Counted from the stretch's first letter, positions 13,505-29,129 are shown. The stretch: DNA of 64,000 bases from Eledone cirrhosa (GCA_964016885.1 OZ024741.1:381982001-382046000); one strand, 5' to 3'. The notes: generated by a model not told the origin, from the sequence alone. Numbers and translations: made by a program.

Positions 13505-14489
13505 GTAAGTGTGTGTGTACGTGTATACGTGGATGTAATTGTGATACTCTGCTCGAAGCGAGTGTATGTGATTGTGGGTTTTGAAAAACCATTGTATGTG
13601 TTGGAATGGAGTGTATGTCTCTGTGTGTGTATTGTCCCCGTACGGGTGTAGGTGTGTGTTGTGTGGATAGAAAGAGTCGGATGGGGTAAGATGCGAGGGT
13701 GTCGAATCCGGAGTCAGTGTAGGATGGAGTAAGGGTGCATGTGAAGATGTGCACGTATGTGTGTGTCTTTGTGTAGTTAAGAGACGATGGCGTGTGGTAT
13801 GTCTGTAGGATCTCGTGTGAAATGTGTAGTGACGTGTGTACGAAAATGGTGCAAGTGCTTGTGTGTGTGTCTAAATTTCTGAATGAATGTCGTTGAGTAA
13901 GTGTGCGGATGTAAAATCACGTCGATATTCAAGTGATAGATTCATTGTGTTTGGGATCGATGAGATGTATCTTTAAATGTGAAAGAACGCAGTTTTATTA
14001 GTGTCGAAATACGTCAAATATGCATGATATAATTTTATTATCAATTTGGGGACTTTGCTTATTTTGAGGTATCTAGAATACATGACGATGAGCTATATTT
14101 CCGTGGTAAAATTACGAGATGCAGTTTACTGGTATAAGCTGTTAACATTTTGTGTTTTGTGAGAGAGTGGCAACAGAATCGTATTATTGATTAGTTTACA
14201 AAATTATGGTTATTTTGATTTTAGCTGAATTACTCATATCTAGGTTGAATGCTAAGTATATAAGTAATTATATAAAATAAATGCGCAACATTTAATGGGC
14301 AAAGCAGATATGCAAGAAGGAAGAAACTCCCAAATAATCAAAACCTACGACAACAATTACAATCACAAAAGATTCACAAATATGCACATGTATACACCCC
14401 ACAGTTATGACGGCTTAAGCTGAATAAACATGCATAAAATACATACATACATGCATGCATAACACGCATACATAGAGAAGAATATAGCA

Positions 14490-15030
14490 AAAATGTTTAA
14501 CTATGACCTAAATGTTTCACCGATATATGACGTGGACTGCTACAGATACCTAGGGTTAGAGAAAAATGTATCCTATGATGGTATTTGTAACAAGGGACCA
14601 ATAACCAGGAAATATAGCACGCGATTAAGAAAGATATTCTTATTTGAAATCTATGCACTAAACAAAACAGTTGCTCCTATTTATGTGTTTGTCCTAACAC
14701 GAACGTTCAGAACATTCGATTAGACGACAAATGTAATCTGAGAAAACGATTATAAATCAAGAAAAATATTAAACATCAACAGTGACATAGACCGTCTTTC
14801 CTTGAAAGGTAATCAGTGAGGCAGAGGCCTAACATCAGTTCAGACAGCATTTGAGTGTCGATTCATATCCATCCGAAAACACCTATGAACCATCAAGCGT
14901 TGAGGCCCATCTTTTCAGCAAGTCTGTCTACATGTGACAGATAATATCATGAGAGTTTGGAAGGAACTCCTTGAGAAATACTCCCGGCATGATAAACAAA
15001 AACTCACACATAGGGAAATTTCCAAGCAAT
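14490..15030 (+). pseudogene. Decayed R4/Dong-like non-LTR RT fragment
   Basis: YRYLG..., YSTRLRKIF...ALNK, and INSDIDRL..K..*GRGL resemble YKYLG / SDVDRLYL..GGRGL of the element at 42538. Confidence 0.7.
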
Positions 15031-15124
15031 ACCGCAGTAAATCCATGGATGTAAAAATTGCATGCTCTTCAGCAAAACTTCATGCATGGATATGTTGCAT
15101 GCTCCGATGGATGTATAAGAGGGA

Positions 15125-15385
15125 ATGAGAGAGAGACTAAGCATAAAATGTATCAAATGTTGTGTTCTGGAGAGGAGATTGCGTTGGTATGGACATGTGA
15201 TGCGTATGAAGGACGACAGCTGTATAAAAAGAGTGCAGAGCAATGAAAATTGATGGAAGCTACGGAGTGGGTGGACCAAGAAAAACCTGGGACGAGGTGA
15301 TAAAAACTGACCTTGCTCACCTACACCTCTCTAATACAATGACACTGGATCGAGACCTTTGGCTCCATGCAGTTGTACAGAAGAG
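15125..15385 (+). pseudogene. RTE-clade LINE 3' fragment
   Basis: ERRLRWYGHVMRM...GGPRKTWDEVIKTDL...DRDLW is the typical RTE C-terminus. Confidence 0.8.
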
Positions 15386-15514
15386 TCGACTGCCATTGTA
15401 TACAAACCTACAGTCAGTAGGCACCTTAACACAATGTACACCCCACCGCCACACCCTACCCCGTCCTACCTCTCCCGTTCCATCCACTGTGTCGATGACA
15501 CCACACTCCACACT

Positions 15515-15705
15515 GTAATGTGGTCGTGCAGGAGAAACGGTGAAAATGCTCCCAGTCCCCACTGTAAATGTGGTTTGTGTTAGGAAGGGCATCCCGCTGT
15601 AGAAAACCTGCCTGAGTGGCTTCCGTGCGAACGAGACATAGTCTCCCGACCATTCCCGCATCAGTACAAATCTTAAGAGGCAGGGCTTGAGAGTACCAGA
15701 AAAAC
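15515..15705 (+). mobile_element. Interspersed repeat with RTE/SINE-associated motif
   Basis: Contains GTTAGGAAGGGCATCCCGCTGTAGAAAACCTGCC, which I recall from RTE-related repeats; lies directly downstream of the RTE fragment. Confidence 0.45.
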
Positions 15706-16111
15706 ACGACTTGTTCGGAAGTTACAAATGCAATCTATCAATGGAACTGTAAATATATGTAAAACAATCCAGAAATTCTGCATGGAATAACTGCATGTAC
15801 ACATGTACAGATACAAAATATTTAACGTTTAAACACTTGACTCAAAATATACAGAACCACACATATTCTAACATCCATACCTTCACACAAGTACAGACCA
15901 CAGACACAAACACACACATACACACACACACACATACACACACGCACACACACATATTTACCAGGTCGATGTCTAAATTCCACTGTAAGAGTCTTGTGTT
16001 GATGTGAGAAGCCGGCTCAATCTCTATTGCTAAAAATGTAATAAATAATTAAACATGAAGTATATAAATACAAAACTTAACACATACAAAAAACTATTTT
16101 TAGATAAAACT

Positions 16112-16146
<35 letters not shown>

Positions 16147-16343
16147 ATAATACTAAATTTGAAGACCAAAATCGGGCTCGATAAGGACAAATATATATCA
16201 AATATATAAGAACCGTACAGCAAATATTTATTAACATCAAAGTTTAAGCAAAGAATCGCTGCTTTCACCCTTAACGGGATGAAATGTGTGTGTATATATA
16301 TATATATATCTTCAGTCAATAGGATTTTAAACCAATACTGAAC

Positions 16344-18461
16344 ATGGATAAATATCCTTTGGATTACTCTATCAAGAATATCCCAACACCTTCTAACACT
16401 TCCTACACGAAAATGCTGATAGACAAAGTAGAGAATGTTGTTAACAGAATGAGATGGAAAGCTTTGATTCTCGACGGATACTTTAACACGGAATCTACGG
16501 AACATTTTGATATCAAAACTCATAAATACCCACAAAGAGTAAAAGATATGACCGCTTTTGAACTAGACTTAGTTAATCTAATCAACAATATCAATTTTCG
16601 TAAGTACCTTTTCAATCTAAACTATCTAATGATATTTCAATATTCAAATCTTCTAAAAATAAGTTCATTTTCTCCGACAAAACTAAAAAGTTATACGAAG
16701 TTAATAATCCACATGACCAACTTTTAATAGATAACATCACATCTAAATACCAAATAGCTAATATAAGCTCGTATAATAATATAAATAAGGAAGCTAAAGA
16801 ATTAGCTAGTTCTTTAAAAATCGATAATAGGACAGACAAACTTGCTAAACGTAATGCATATATCACCTTTAAAGATCACAAACTTGACTTTATTAATCGT
16901 CTTAGTTGTAGATTAATCAACCCTGCTAAGACTGATATCGGTCTTGCCAGCAAAAAAAAATTAAATAATATAAACACACAGATTAGAAGTAAGTCTGAAT
17001 TACTCCAATGGATAAATAGCTCTTCCGTAGTACATTGGTTTAATAATATTAAAGATGAAAATAGTTCTAGATTCACCCAATTTGACATTGTAGATTTGAC
17101 ATTGTCAGACTCTTTTAGCGAAAGCCTTAAATTTCGCTAGAAAGTTTACCAATATTTCTGATATTGAAGAGAATGTGATCTTGCATGCTAGAAATACTCT
17201 ACTCTTTACTGATAATGACACTTGGGTAAAAATATCTAACCCAGAGAACCCATTCGATGTCTCAATGGGCTCTTTTGACAGTGCTGATGTTTGTGATTTA
17301 GTCGGCCTTTTCCTATTACCCACACTTAAAGAAAAATTCCCTAACCATATTTTGGGGCTTTATCGCGACGATGGTCTAATACTTTCCCATACAACCATAG
17401 GCTCTAATTAGATAGATTAAGGAAAGACTTAATTAAAACCTTCGCTAGTTTTAATCTTAAAATTACTATTGACACTAATCTTTCCAATGTAGATTTCCTA
17501 GATATAAACCTAGATTTGCCTACTGCTTCTTATAAACCATACCATAAACCTAATGAAAATTTAAAATATATAAATAAAGGCTCTTGCCATCCTCCTATAG
17601 TTTTTAAAAACCTTATCCCGAATATTAGCCGTAGGATCTCCACCCTCTCTTCCTCAGAAGCTATTTTCAATAAGGCATCCTCTACTATAATAAAGCCCTT
17701 AAAAATAGCGGATTTACCGAACCGATTAAGTACATACCCAACAATACTAACTCATTTAATCATAATAATAGGAAAGGAAAAATAATCTGGTTCACACCCC
17801 CTACTCTCGAGCAGTTAAAACTAATGTAGGCAAAACATTCCTAGAGCTCTTAGATAAACATTTCCCTAGAACACATAGATACTATAAGATCTTCAATAGA
17901 AGCTGTGTCAAATTTAACTATTCCTGCGGTCCCCCTATTAAATCTTATATCATCAATAACAAAGCACCCAGAGAACATAAAAATTGCTCCTGTAGAGTTA
18001 AAAGTGAATGCCCATTACAAGATAAATGCAACACCAAAGCAATTGTATATGCGGCTAAAGTGACAACCATCAGCAACAACCAACCAGCCACCAGCGAACG
18101 ATATGTGGGTATGACGCAAAACAAATTCAAAACGCGTTATTACTCACATGTCGCATCTTTCCGACATCCAGAAAAAGGATTCACAACAGCTCTGGCTAGC
18201 AGAATATGGGATTTGAAAGACCAAGGTATCCAATATAAATTGGATTGGTCAATTTTGAACCAATTTAAAGAATATGCAAGAGGAACAAGAAGATGCACAC
18301 TCTGCATAAGTGAAAAATATTGGATTTTACAGAACCTTAAATCACCAAAAACTGCCTACATGCAAAAAACAGACATGTTCACCAGTTGCCCACACATGAA
18401 ATCACACTTGCTTTCCAGCTCATATAAACTTAACTCACTTTCAGATACTTATCCTCCATAA
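16344..18461 (+). pseudogene. PLE-1, Naiad-like: near full-length RT plus GIY-YIG ORF, frameshifted
   Basis: YSIKNIPTPS N-terminus; FDVSMGSFDSADVCDLVG; GLYRDDGL; VDFLDINLDL; CSCRVKSECPLQDKC zinc linker; IVY...YVGMT...FKTR...H; C-terminal CTLC..EK...CPH. Confidence 0.9.
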
Positions 18462-19378
18462 ACTCTTATTCTTCACTTTCCTTAAATTATCCTCTTTACA
18501 GATTTCTCTTTCTGATTTACTTTCATTTTTAACTTTATTTTTAATTTTAATTTTATTTTTACTTCACATCCACCAGTAACCCCCCCCCCCTACTTTCGAT
18601 TCACTTACCTAATATCTTCACATTCCACATTTTACTTCCCCTTTTCTTTAACTACCTGATATCACTGTTCACTTGCGTTTTCCACTCCAGATATTTTCTA
18701 TGTTTCGCAGCCGATTTTATATTTGTACTCATTGATTCATATGGCTGATTTATAATCTGTATCTATGTGTCTGAGTGTGCTTATGTGTGTATACGTTCTG
18801 TATATGTATACGAACGCCTCCGTATGTGTGCGTGCGTACGTATATATATATGTGTGTGTATGTGTGTTTTTATATCTATGTTTTATATCTATGTTTTTTA
18901 CATTCTTATTTTTACGTGTGTATGTATGCGGGTGAATGTATGTGTATGTGTATGTATATGTGTATATATGTATATGTATGTATGGGTGTGTATGAATATG
19001 TGTATATATATATATAGTCGCGTACGTCCGTGTGATTAGATATACATGGGGCGATATATATATATATACTGTATCTGGATGCGTGTCAACTATATTATCA
19101 TACATTGTCTTTTTCAACTCATATTATATACGTATTTGTGGTCACATATACACAAATATACTTGCCCTCATATATGTACTTACGCACACATTTTCATCAT
19201 ACACATGCATTTCTACATACACACATATGAACATTTCTGAGTGTATATACATACATATACACATACCCTAACTATATTCCCTTATATTTTTTTTATATAT
19301 CTCTTTCATTACATTTATTAATATATTTCTTGCATTTCTTGAGGAGACTTTCCAAATATTTCGCTATGTTTTAAATTG

Positions 19379-19446
19379 CCTTGTCCGACGAACGAATGAG
19401 GACGTTTTTTGTATTCGTCTTATTCGGGAAACCTCTGGTAATGAGG
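19379..19446 (+). ncRNA. Type-I HHR motif in the 3' pLTR of PLE-1 (core variant CCGACGA)
   Basis: ccttgt-CCGACGA-a-cgaatgaggacg...cgtcttattcg-g-GAAA-cc-tct-gg-TA-atgagg; stems I, II and III pair. Confidence 0.65.
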
Positions 19447-19547
19447 TAATTATATTGTATTGTTTATTATACATTAAATTTTGCTCTGGTAATTACATAG
19501 AGCACTCTTCACTCCTATGACTTTTTCAATTTTCAACGAAAACTTCA

Positions 19548-19627
<80 letters not shown>

Positions 19628-19659
19628 TAATGACGTAATTCCGTCGGAAAAGTCCAGGA

Positions 19660-21110
<1,451 letters not shown>

Positions 21111-21112
21111 GT

Positions 21113-22017
21113 GAACTCTGTTCAAGAACGAATTTCAAGAATTTCATCTAATAAAAATATTTTTGATGAAAAAGCGCAGTATTACAATGAAGCGTTAGCT
21201 AGAGCATGATATAGAGATACAATTAAATACATCGATAATAATAAGCAAACTAAACAAAATAATAACAATTTTAATTACGGTAACAACATTAACAACTATA
21301 ATAGAAAACATTACCATAATTCCAAAAGCCGAAAAAGAAATAGAACTAGAATTATAATATGGTTTGCCCCCCTTTTACACTAAATATTAAAACCCATATT
21401 GCTAAACTATTCTTTAATGCTCTTGACAAACGCTTCCCTAGAACACATAAATATCACTCAATTTTTAATAGACACACTATAAATTTAACTTACTCGTCCA
21501 CCAAAAATTTAGCACAAAATATTAACAGAATTAATAATAGGAATTTAAAACCTAACCAAAATACCAATAATAACCCAAACAATATTCTGTAACTGTAGAA
21601 ATAAATCTAACTGTCCGTTAAATAACAATTGCTTAGCTAAAAATGTAGTGTACAATTGTAATGTTAAAACTAACTTAAATTCTTTCAACTATGTTGGTTC
21701 CACCTCGACAGAATTTAAACTTCGCTTCAATAATCATAAGAATTCTTCCACAGATCCAAACAAAAAATCCTCAACTTCGCTATCAAGCCTACTCTGGCAA
21801 CTTAAACGAGATAATGTTAAGTATTCGATGTTTTGGAATATTGTCTCAAAAGGGGATTCCTTTTAATTCCTCATCAGAGACATGTGATCTCTGTGTGGAG
21901 GAAATATTCTTTATATTAAAGTCCAAAAATTCCCTTAATTTAAGGAGCAATTTATTCAGTTGCTGCAGACATAGATTGAACTCAACGTTTAAATATAAAT
22001 ATAAATTTAAAATGTAG
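21113..22017 (+). pseudogene. PLE-2, Naiad-like 5'-truncated fragment (thumb plus GIY-YIG), frameshifted
   Basis: RISSNKNIFDEKAQYYNEAL; IIWFAPP; CNCRNKSNCPLNNNC; VVY...YVGSTSTEFKLRFNNH; CDLCVEE...CCRH. Confidence 0.88.
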
Positions 22018-22564
22018 TATAATTAATTAAGAAATTTAGTTAATATATGAAACCTGACGATACATCATTTGATTCCTTCACCTTTTTCTTTTTAAACCTT
22101 CTTCCTAAATATAAACAAAAATATAATAAACTACTCTAAAATGTATATGCTCCCAATGTATTAAATAAATTTTACGCAAGATAAATTTCTATACTAAATA
22201 TAAGGGCATCCGTAGAATCACTGGGTCTTCTAAATCTTTTAAATAATTGTTGCGTTCTATTTGTTTTTTGACTCTGATAGCTTCTAATAACTTTGCAATA
22301 TCTTGTTTGAAATATGGGTAGGATAGATTTCTATAATAAATATATGAAGCGTATTGTTTTTGGCCTGAGATACTCTATAGTGTGTTAAAAGTATTTTAAT
22401 GTTTTGACGTTTCTGTGCTAATATATTGATATTTGATTATCTCTATACAAAGGCCATCTGTGTGTATTAACATGCATATAAAAGGTTTATAGAGTTTATT
22501 TATGTGTTCATATGTCTGTATATGTGCGTAAAGATGCTGGAAAACTCACGCAGATATGTTATAC

Positions 22565-22613
<49 letters not shown>

Positions 22614-23099
22614 GTTCTGTATATGTTACAGATATGCATAATATTAAATACATGAACGGTAATCATATATGTGAGGACATGAATATTAATCGTATATTTT
22701 ATGTATATATACAGTGAATTTTTTTATAACAAAGACATTTTTATAACACAAGCAATTATAGAAGTGATCAGGTGAAGTCATTTGTATGTCTATATTATTG
22801 ACTAGAGTTAGACATAATTTTCTCTTTTTTCTTTTTTCAGAACGTACATATGCGTGTATTTATATATGCATATATGTATCCGTATTTTTATAAATAGGGT
22901 AAATTTTTTGAAAGTTTTAACTCAGATTTTGGTATATTGACCTCAGAGTTTTAAACTAAACATGGTCATTATTGAACGATGTTATTTTCTCATATTATAT
23001 ATCTATGTCTCATTCATGAATATTGATATTTGCATTTTTATTATCCATTTCATATGAATTGATAATTCAACTTGATATGACATGACGTAAAGATGTAAC

Positions 23100-23585
23100 T
23101 GTATCCTTCTCTCTCTATATAGTACTTCCTCTCTCTTGAGTTTCTCTATATGTATGGTGAATTATTATCTCTCTGTTGATTTCATTTGCCTCTCTTATTT
23201 CTTTCTTGTTTCTTTTTCACTTCCTCCTATCTATTTATATTTTCTCTCTCTCCTTCTTTTCCTCTCCCCTCTCTCTCCGTTTTTTCTCTCCGTTTTTTCT
23301 AACTGTGCTTAACACTATAACTAAATAATTATTATCCTTCTCTCTCTATATAGTACTTCCTCTCTCTTGAGTTTCTCTATCTGTATGGTGAATTATTATC
23401 TCTCTGTTGCTTTCGTTTGCCTCTCTTATTTCTTTCTTGTTTCTTTTTCACTTCCTCCTATCTATTTATATATATCTTCTTCTTTTCCTCTCCCCTTTCT
23501 CTCTCTGTTTTTTCTTTGCCTCCGTTTTTTTCTTTCTCTCCGTCTTTTTTCTAACTGTGCTTAACACTATTACTAAATAATTATA
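23100..23585. repeat. Tandem duplication of a ~235-250-bp pyrimidine-rich unit
   Basis: tatccttctctctctatatagtacttcc...ctaactgtgcttaacactat occurs twice head to tail. Confidence 0.9.
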
Positions 23586-23675
23586 AAAAAATCACTATCC
23601 AGACAGCTTACAAATATAATGGTCGCTTATAATAGGGTACGTCAACATTATTTATAAAACTGTTTATATATTGTA

Positions 23676-23737
23676 TTTTATCTGACGAAGGCATGCCATA
23701 TTTTTAATATGGTATCCCTGAAATATGTATAATGAAA
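23676..23737 (+). ncRNA. Type-I HHR motif, family B
   Basis: ttttat-CTGACGA-agg...cct-GAAA-tatgta-TA-atgaaa; related to 29523-29577, 29332-29388 and 56984-57045. Confidence 0.75.
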
Positions 23738-23781
23738 TAAATATGGTTTTATAAATATAGTTTCCATTTGTTTAATATCGT

Positions 23782-23985
23782 ATATATACATATATATACA
23801 CACATATATACATATATATGTATATATATTTACACACAAATATACATACACATACACATAGGTATGTGAAGGGCAAGGCAAAAAGAATATATGGGGGGGG
23901 GCATAGGAAAAGGTGAAATATAAGGGGAGGTAAGGGAGAAAAAAATAAATAAAAAAAGTACAAAACATAGATTCAGCAAAAAAAA
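23782..23985 (-). repeat. Inverted copy of the PLE-3 3' UTR (24605-24815)
   Basis: gtatgtgaagggcaaggcaaaaagaatatatggggg...ggaggtaagggagaaaaaa is the reverse complement of the sequence downstream of the PLE-3 stop. Confidence 0.92.
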
Positions 23986-24050
23986 ATCATAGACATTATA
24001 AGATATTTAATAGGAACGTAGTTAAGATCATCTACTCTTGTTGCCCATCT

Positions 24051-24569
24051 ATGAAGTCCAAAATCACCAGTTCAAACCATACGAGAATAAATCCAGGATG
24101 CGGTTGCAGGAAGCCGGATGAATGCCCATTGCAGGGTAAATGTAACACCAAATCTGTTGTTTATGGGGCTAAGATAACACCGGTAATCAACAACCAGCCA
24201 GCCAGGAGTGAGCGATATGTCGGTATGACCCAGGACAGGTTTAAAACCAGATTTTACTCACATGTCACTTCTTTTAAGCACTTCGATAAACGAACATCAA
24301 CGGCCCTCGCAAGTAAGGTGTGGGAACTCAAGGATAGTAACATCCCGTACTCTATTGATTGGTCTATATTAGACCATTCGAGGGAGTACCAAAGGGGCAC
24401 AAATAATTGTTCTTTGTGTACCACAGAAAAGTATAGGATTTTTCTAAACTTGAGAGCCACTTCCGCTTGCCTTAACTCAAAGACTGAGATCTTCAGATGC
24501 TGTCCTCATCTGAAATCGCATCTGATCTGTAACTGGATTGACACTCCTATGATAAATCAAGCGCCTTGA
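24051..24569 (+). CDS. PLE-3, Naiad-like GIY-YIG endonuclease domain; open 172-aa frame in a 5'-truncated element
   Basis: CGCRKPDECPLQGKC, VVY...YVGMTQDRFKTRFYSH, CSLCTTEK...LNSKTE...CPH; clearly related to the PLE-1 EN. Confidence 0.85.
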   Translation: MKSKITSSNHTRINPGCGCRKPDECPLQGKCNTKSVVYGAKITPVINNQPARSERYVGMTQDRFKTRFYSHVTSFKHFDKRTSTALASKVWELKDSNIPYSIDWSILDHSREYQRGTNNCSLCTTEKYRIFLNLRATSACLNSKTEIFRCCPHLKSHLICNWIDTPMINQAP

Positions 24570-24855
24570 ACTCCTTTCCTGCTCTTTACTTCTGCTACTG
24601 TTTTTTTGTTTTTTTTTTGCTGAATCTACGTTCTGTACTCTTGTATATTTATTTTTTCTCCCTTACCTCCCCTTATATTTCACCTTTTCCTATGCCCCCT
24701 CCCCCATATATTCTTTTTGCCTTGCCCTTCACATACCTATGTGTATGTGTATGTATATTTGTGTGTAAATATATATACATATATATGTATGTATATATGT
24801 GTGTATATATATGTATATATATATATATTTGTGTGTGTATATGTATGTATATGTA

Positions 24856-25045
24856 GATAGACCAGGTTTTTTTTATTCAGAAGATTGAAGGAAACATTTT
24901 TTGCTTTTAAGAAACCACTGGTGAATGGAATAATTGCCTTATGTTGCTTATTACTTTATTACTTTACTACTATATATATGTATATGTAAGGTTCATATGA
25001 ATTATCTAAGACTAAGATTTACACACACACACATGTATATGTGTA

Positions 25046-25114
<69 letters not shown>

Positions 25115-25252
25115 GTGTGTGTGTGTGTGTGTTTATATTTGGTTGTGCGTGTTTATGATATGTACGTATTTGTATGTGTATAATTGTATAGCTATGTATG
25201 TATATGTATGTGTGTATGTATACATATATGTGTGTGTGTGTATGTTTATATT

Positions 25253-25293
<41 letters not shown>

Positions 25294-25715
25294 ATAATTA
25301 CATATACATATGTGTGTGTATAATTGTATACGTGTGCGTGTTTGTGCATGTATGTGTATGTATGTGTTTATGTATTTGTATATGTATATTTATGTGCGAG
25401 AGTGTGTGTATGTATTTACTATTTCGTACGTATGTATACGTGCATTTGTGTGTATTACTTACCACGCGTGTCTGTCCAGTTAGCTACGTTCTGTATCGCT
25501 GTCAAAAATATTTTTTTATATATATATACATATGTATATATAGTTTTTTTTTTCTTATATTTATTTGCGTGTGTGAATATGTAGAGGAGTGCATTTATGT
25601 TTGTGTATGTATGTATGTGTGTATATATGTATGATTGTGTGCATGTATGTATGTATGTTTATGTATGTGTGTATGGCTATGTTTGTGTATGTGTATGCTT
25701 GTACACATATATATG

Positions 25716-25788
<73 letters not shown>

Positions 25789-26300
25789 ATGTGTGTATGT
25801 ATATGTATTTATAATTATGTTTCTATGTGTATGTATGTGTGTATATATGTGTGTGTGGTTGTATATATGTATTTGTATGTATGGATCTATTGATATTTAT
25901 GTGCGTATGTATATATGTGTTTGTGTGTATTTATATACACATATATGTGTGTATATATGTGTGCGTGTGTGTATGTATGAGTGTATGTATATGTATATGT
26001 ATATGTATGTATGTGTATGTATGTATATATATGTATATATATGTATATATATATGTGTGTGTGTGTGTATGTATGCTTTTGTGTTTTTGTGTGTGTGTTT
26101 GCATGTGTAGTTTTATTTTATTTTTCCTTTCCTTCTTCCTTCTCCAGCCTCACTTTCATATAGATTGCATTTTTGTTTTTAAAATCCAAATTCAATAAAC
26201 AGACCAGGATTTTTTCATTCTCAGGATTGAAGGCAACATCTTTTGCTTTTAAGAAACCACTGGTAAATGGAATAATTGCCTTATGTTGTTTATTACATAA
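24856..26300 (+). mobile_element. Tandem pLTR unit: two ~100-bp HHR-bearing direct repeats (HHRs at 24872-24929 and 26214-26271) flanking ~1.25 kb of microsatellite-like DNA
   Basis: agaccagg...att-C(A/T)(G/C)A(A/G)GA-ttgaagg...tttgcttttaa-GAAA-ccactgg-T(G/A)-aatggaataattgccttatgttg at both ends. Confidence 0.8.
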
Positions 26301-26594
26301 CTATATATATATACAAAATTAAGATAAATCAAAATGAATTTAATCTAAATCAAAATGATGGGTGTCATGCCAGAAAGGCATGCGCCATACACCCGTAAAA
26401 TAAGCGCCAAGATTCTAATGAATAAGCCCGAGAATTTTATAACTAGAAATTGATTAACATATAAATAAACATATGAAACAATCACAGTGGATAATCTTTA
26501 CAAGTGTGTATGCACACATAGCTATGTAGGTAACTAAATAAAGTTAACTAGAACTTCAAAAATAGATACCTTTATAATATGATTAATCAGGGAA

Positions 26595-26695
26595 GATTAA
26601 TCATATTATAAGGTATCATATTATAAGGCATCTATCATATTATAAGTTTAATCATATTATAAGGTATCATATTATAAGGTATCTATCATATTATG
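26595..26695. repeat. Short tandem repeat with core TCATATTATAAGG, about 6 units
   Basis: Read directly from the sequence. Confidence 0.85.
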
Positions 26696-26819
26696 AGTTG
26701 TTATATATATAATCACAGGCGTGTATGCGTGCTAATGCATCGATCTCTCTGTACATACGTATGTGCTTAATCAATAGGTCCTTATAAATAATCTAATGGG
26801 ATCGATTACATATTTAATT

Positions 26820-28025
26820 TTGGGTTAAATTTGTTAAGAAATAGTTTTTTTCTTCATTTATCGTTTGTGAAATAATTTGAGCGATGGATTTCCACTCTTT
26901 TGCGTAATGACACACTCATATCTCCTATGTAGTTATGTCGACCTCTACCATATCTGATTACGTAGATCAGGTTCTCTGAATTGCAGCTGAATTTATCTTT
27001 CACTGTAAAAGTTTGGCCATCTTTAAATGTGAATTTTTGTCCTTCAATTATGTATAGGAATGTGACACAGTTTGTTCTTCTAAACTTGGATTGCCGATTG
27101 GTTTGTGGATATTTGTTCCAGCGAGAATGTGTTTTAGTGATTTGGGCTGCCTTTTACTTTTCATGATGCCGTGTGATTCTAGGATTCTTTTTTCCTTGTT
27201 TGTGTAGGTGGTCGAACATTTCGGTGTTTCTGCGGTTGACGGTGGATATATATGGCAAGGTATTGTTCTTGGTTCTGTGCTTTGGAATGTTAAGTCGATT
27301 AACATTTGCGTTTTTTTCACTGTCTATTGTGTTACTAATTATGTCAAGTGGGAAGGTTCTGAAGCTAAGTATGTTCTTTTAGTTTATTTAGTATTTATTC
27401 CCGTTTAGTTGGGTCTGATACGCTTGGCTAAGTTAAAAGGAATTTTAAATTTTGTATGTTTTGGGGTGACTTGATGCGAAAAGGAGGTACTGATTGGTAT
27501 CTATAAAATATATCCGATTCTATTTTCCCATCTGTTTTTAAAATAAGGATATCCAAGAAGGAGTTGGATTCCATTTTGAATTTATGTTATTGTTTATGTT
27601 GTTTATCATTTTTTTTTAGAAAGAGTGTGTTCTTGTTTCCCTGCCATAGTATGAAGCAACCATCTCTTCCAATTATTTTTGAGATGTGTAAAGAACGTGT
27701 CTCCGAATAGTAGTAGGGATTGGTTGTAGATTTGTTGTTCGTGAAATCCCATGATTAAGTTAGCATATGTAGGGCCAACCTTCGTGTCCATTGCTGTACC
27801 TGAGGTTTGTCAATATGTTGAACCATTGAATGTATAATAATTATTCTGTAAAATAAATTGGAGACCGTCAATAATAAAGATTTTCTTGACGCGTGTTGAT
27901 ATTTCAGATTGGTGTGTGTCTAGCCAGTCACTGGATCACCGTTATTCCACAGTTGTATGTTGTAGAAATGCCTACTACGTCAACGAAGATAATAATTCTG
28001 TCTTCAATTACTGTATTAGATAGGT
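26820..28025 (-). pseudogene. PLE-4, Neptune-like RT plus GIY-YIG, heavily decayed
   Basis: SGTAMDTKVGPTYANLIMG; FLDILI; YLLFASSHP; FTFKDGQTFTVKDKFSCNSENLIYVI...YIG. Confidence 0.8.
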
Positions 28026-28051
28026 GATTATATATATATATATATATATAT

Positions 28052-28200
28052 TGTTATACTTGGGGAGGGTCATATTGTTGTAATAATATTGTCTGAAATA
28101 ATAACAGAACACACTCACTCTTTGGTTGGTCTTCGCTTCTGTATCTTTTAAATATTTCTGGCAATATTATTACAACAATATAACCCTCCCCAAGTATAAC
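28052..28200. repeat. Short element with terminal inverted repeats (GTTATACTTGGGGAGGG...CCCTCCCCAAGTATAAC)
   Basis: About 50-bp inverted arms; the left arm recurs at 33268-33360. Confidence 0.8.
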
Positions 28201-29129
28201 AATATTTGTCCCGACATACGATTTCATATCAAAAACTTTGCAAAACATATATATATATAATTCATTTTTTCACATTCTTATTTTAGGAAGTGTTTAGCTG
28301 TTGTACTTGAATGCTCAATATGCTTAGTCGGCCAAAGGCGTTAAGTCGACGTAACTTTGAGTTTTCTGTCCCTTGGATGTCAATCGAAATGTCACAATGT
28401 ATTTGTCTACGGATGATGCCATGCCATAAACTATATTATATGTTTAATGGCAATTCTGGAAAACATTTTAAATATTTGTCTTTCACCTCTAAATCTCGTA
28501 TTTAAAGATGTTTTTTTCAGCGTTTAAAACTCCACCAATATTTATAAAACTATATATCACAGACAAGCATCCGTATAATGTTTCATATGATATACACTAA
28601 TATTTACAGAATGACAGTAATATTGTATAAATATATCACATGACTCAATTGAATAAACTTAGTAATGAAATTATATATATGTTTAGGATATTTATTTCGT
28701 TCCGTATTTATTAAATGGTTTTCATTTTCTCTTCAATTTGTGATTTCTTTGGGAGCTAGGAATACATTATTAGTGATTCTTCAATTTAATATTTCATGCT
28801 ACACCTCCAACTTTACATTATGTCATGTAGAATAATTCCCGTCAATTCACAGAATTATAGTAATTTCAAAAATATTGCATTCAAATGTTTCTCAAATTTA
28901 ATAATATCTGGTAGAATTGATAATTTCAGAATATGAATCGGTAACAGTATCAAAGATATCGGAGAAACGTTATTTTCAAATAAGGAACAACAATTTGAGG
29001 CGAAATTATGACGATGTTTGGCATGTTTATATATATATATGCAGAGGTTATATTTAATTTGTTGGGATTCAACAATCTTAAATTCTTTAATAATATATAT
29101 ACACATATACATTCATATATATATATATT

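Noticed and set aside
24051-24569. Homing endonuclease or domesticated host nuclease gene
   Set aside because: Upstream sequence continues the PLE frame (KIFNRNVVKIIYSCCPSM), so the ATG is an internal Met of a truncated retroelement.
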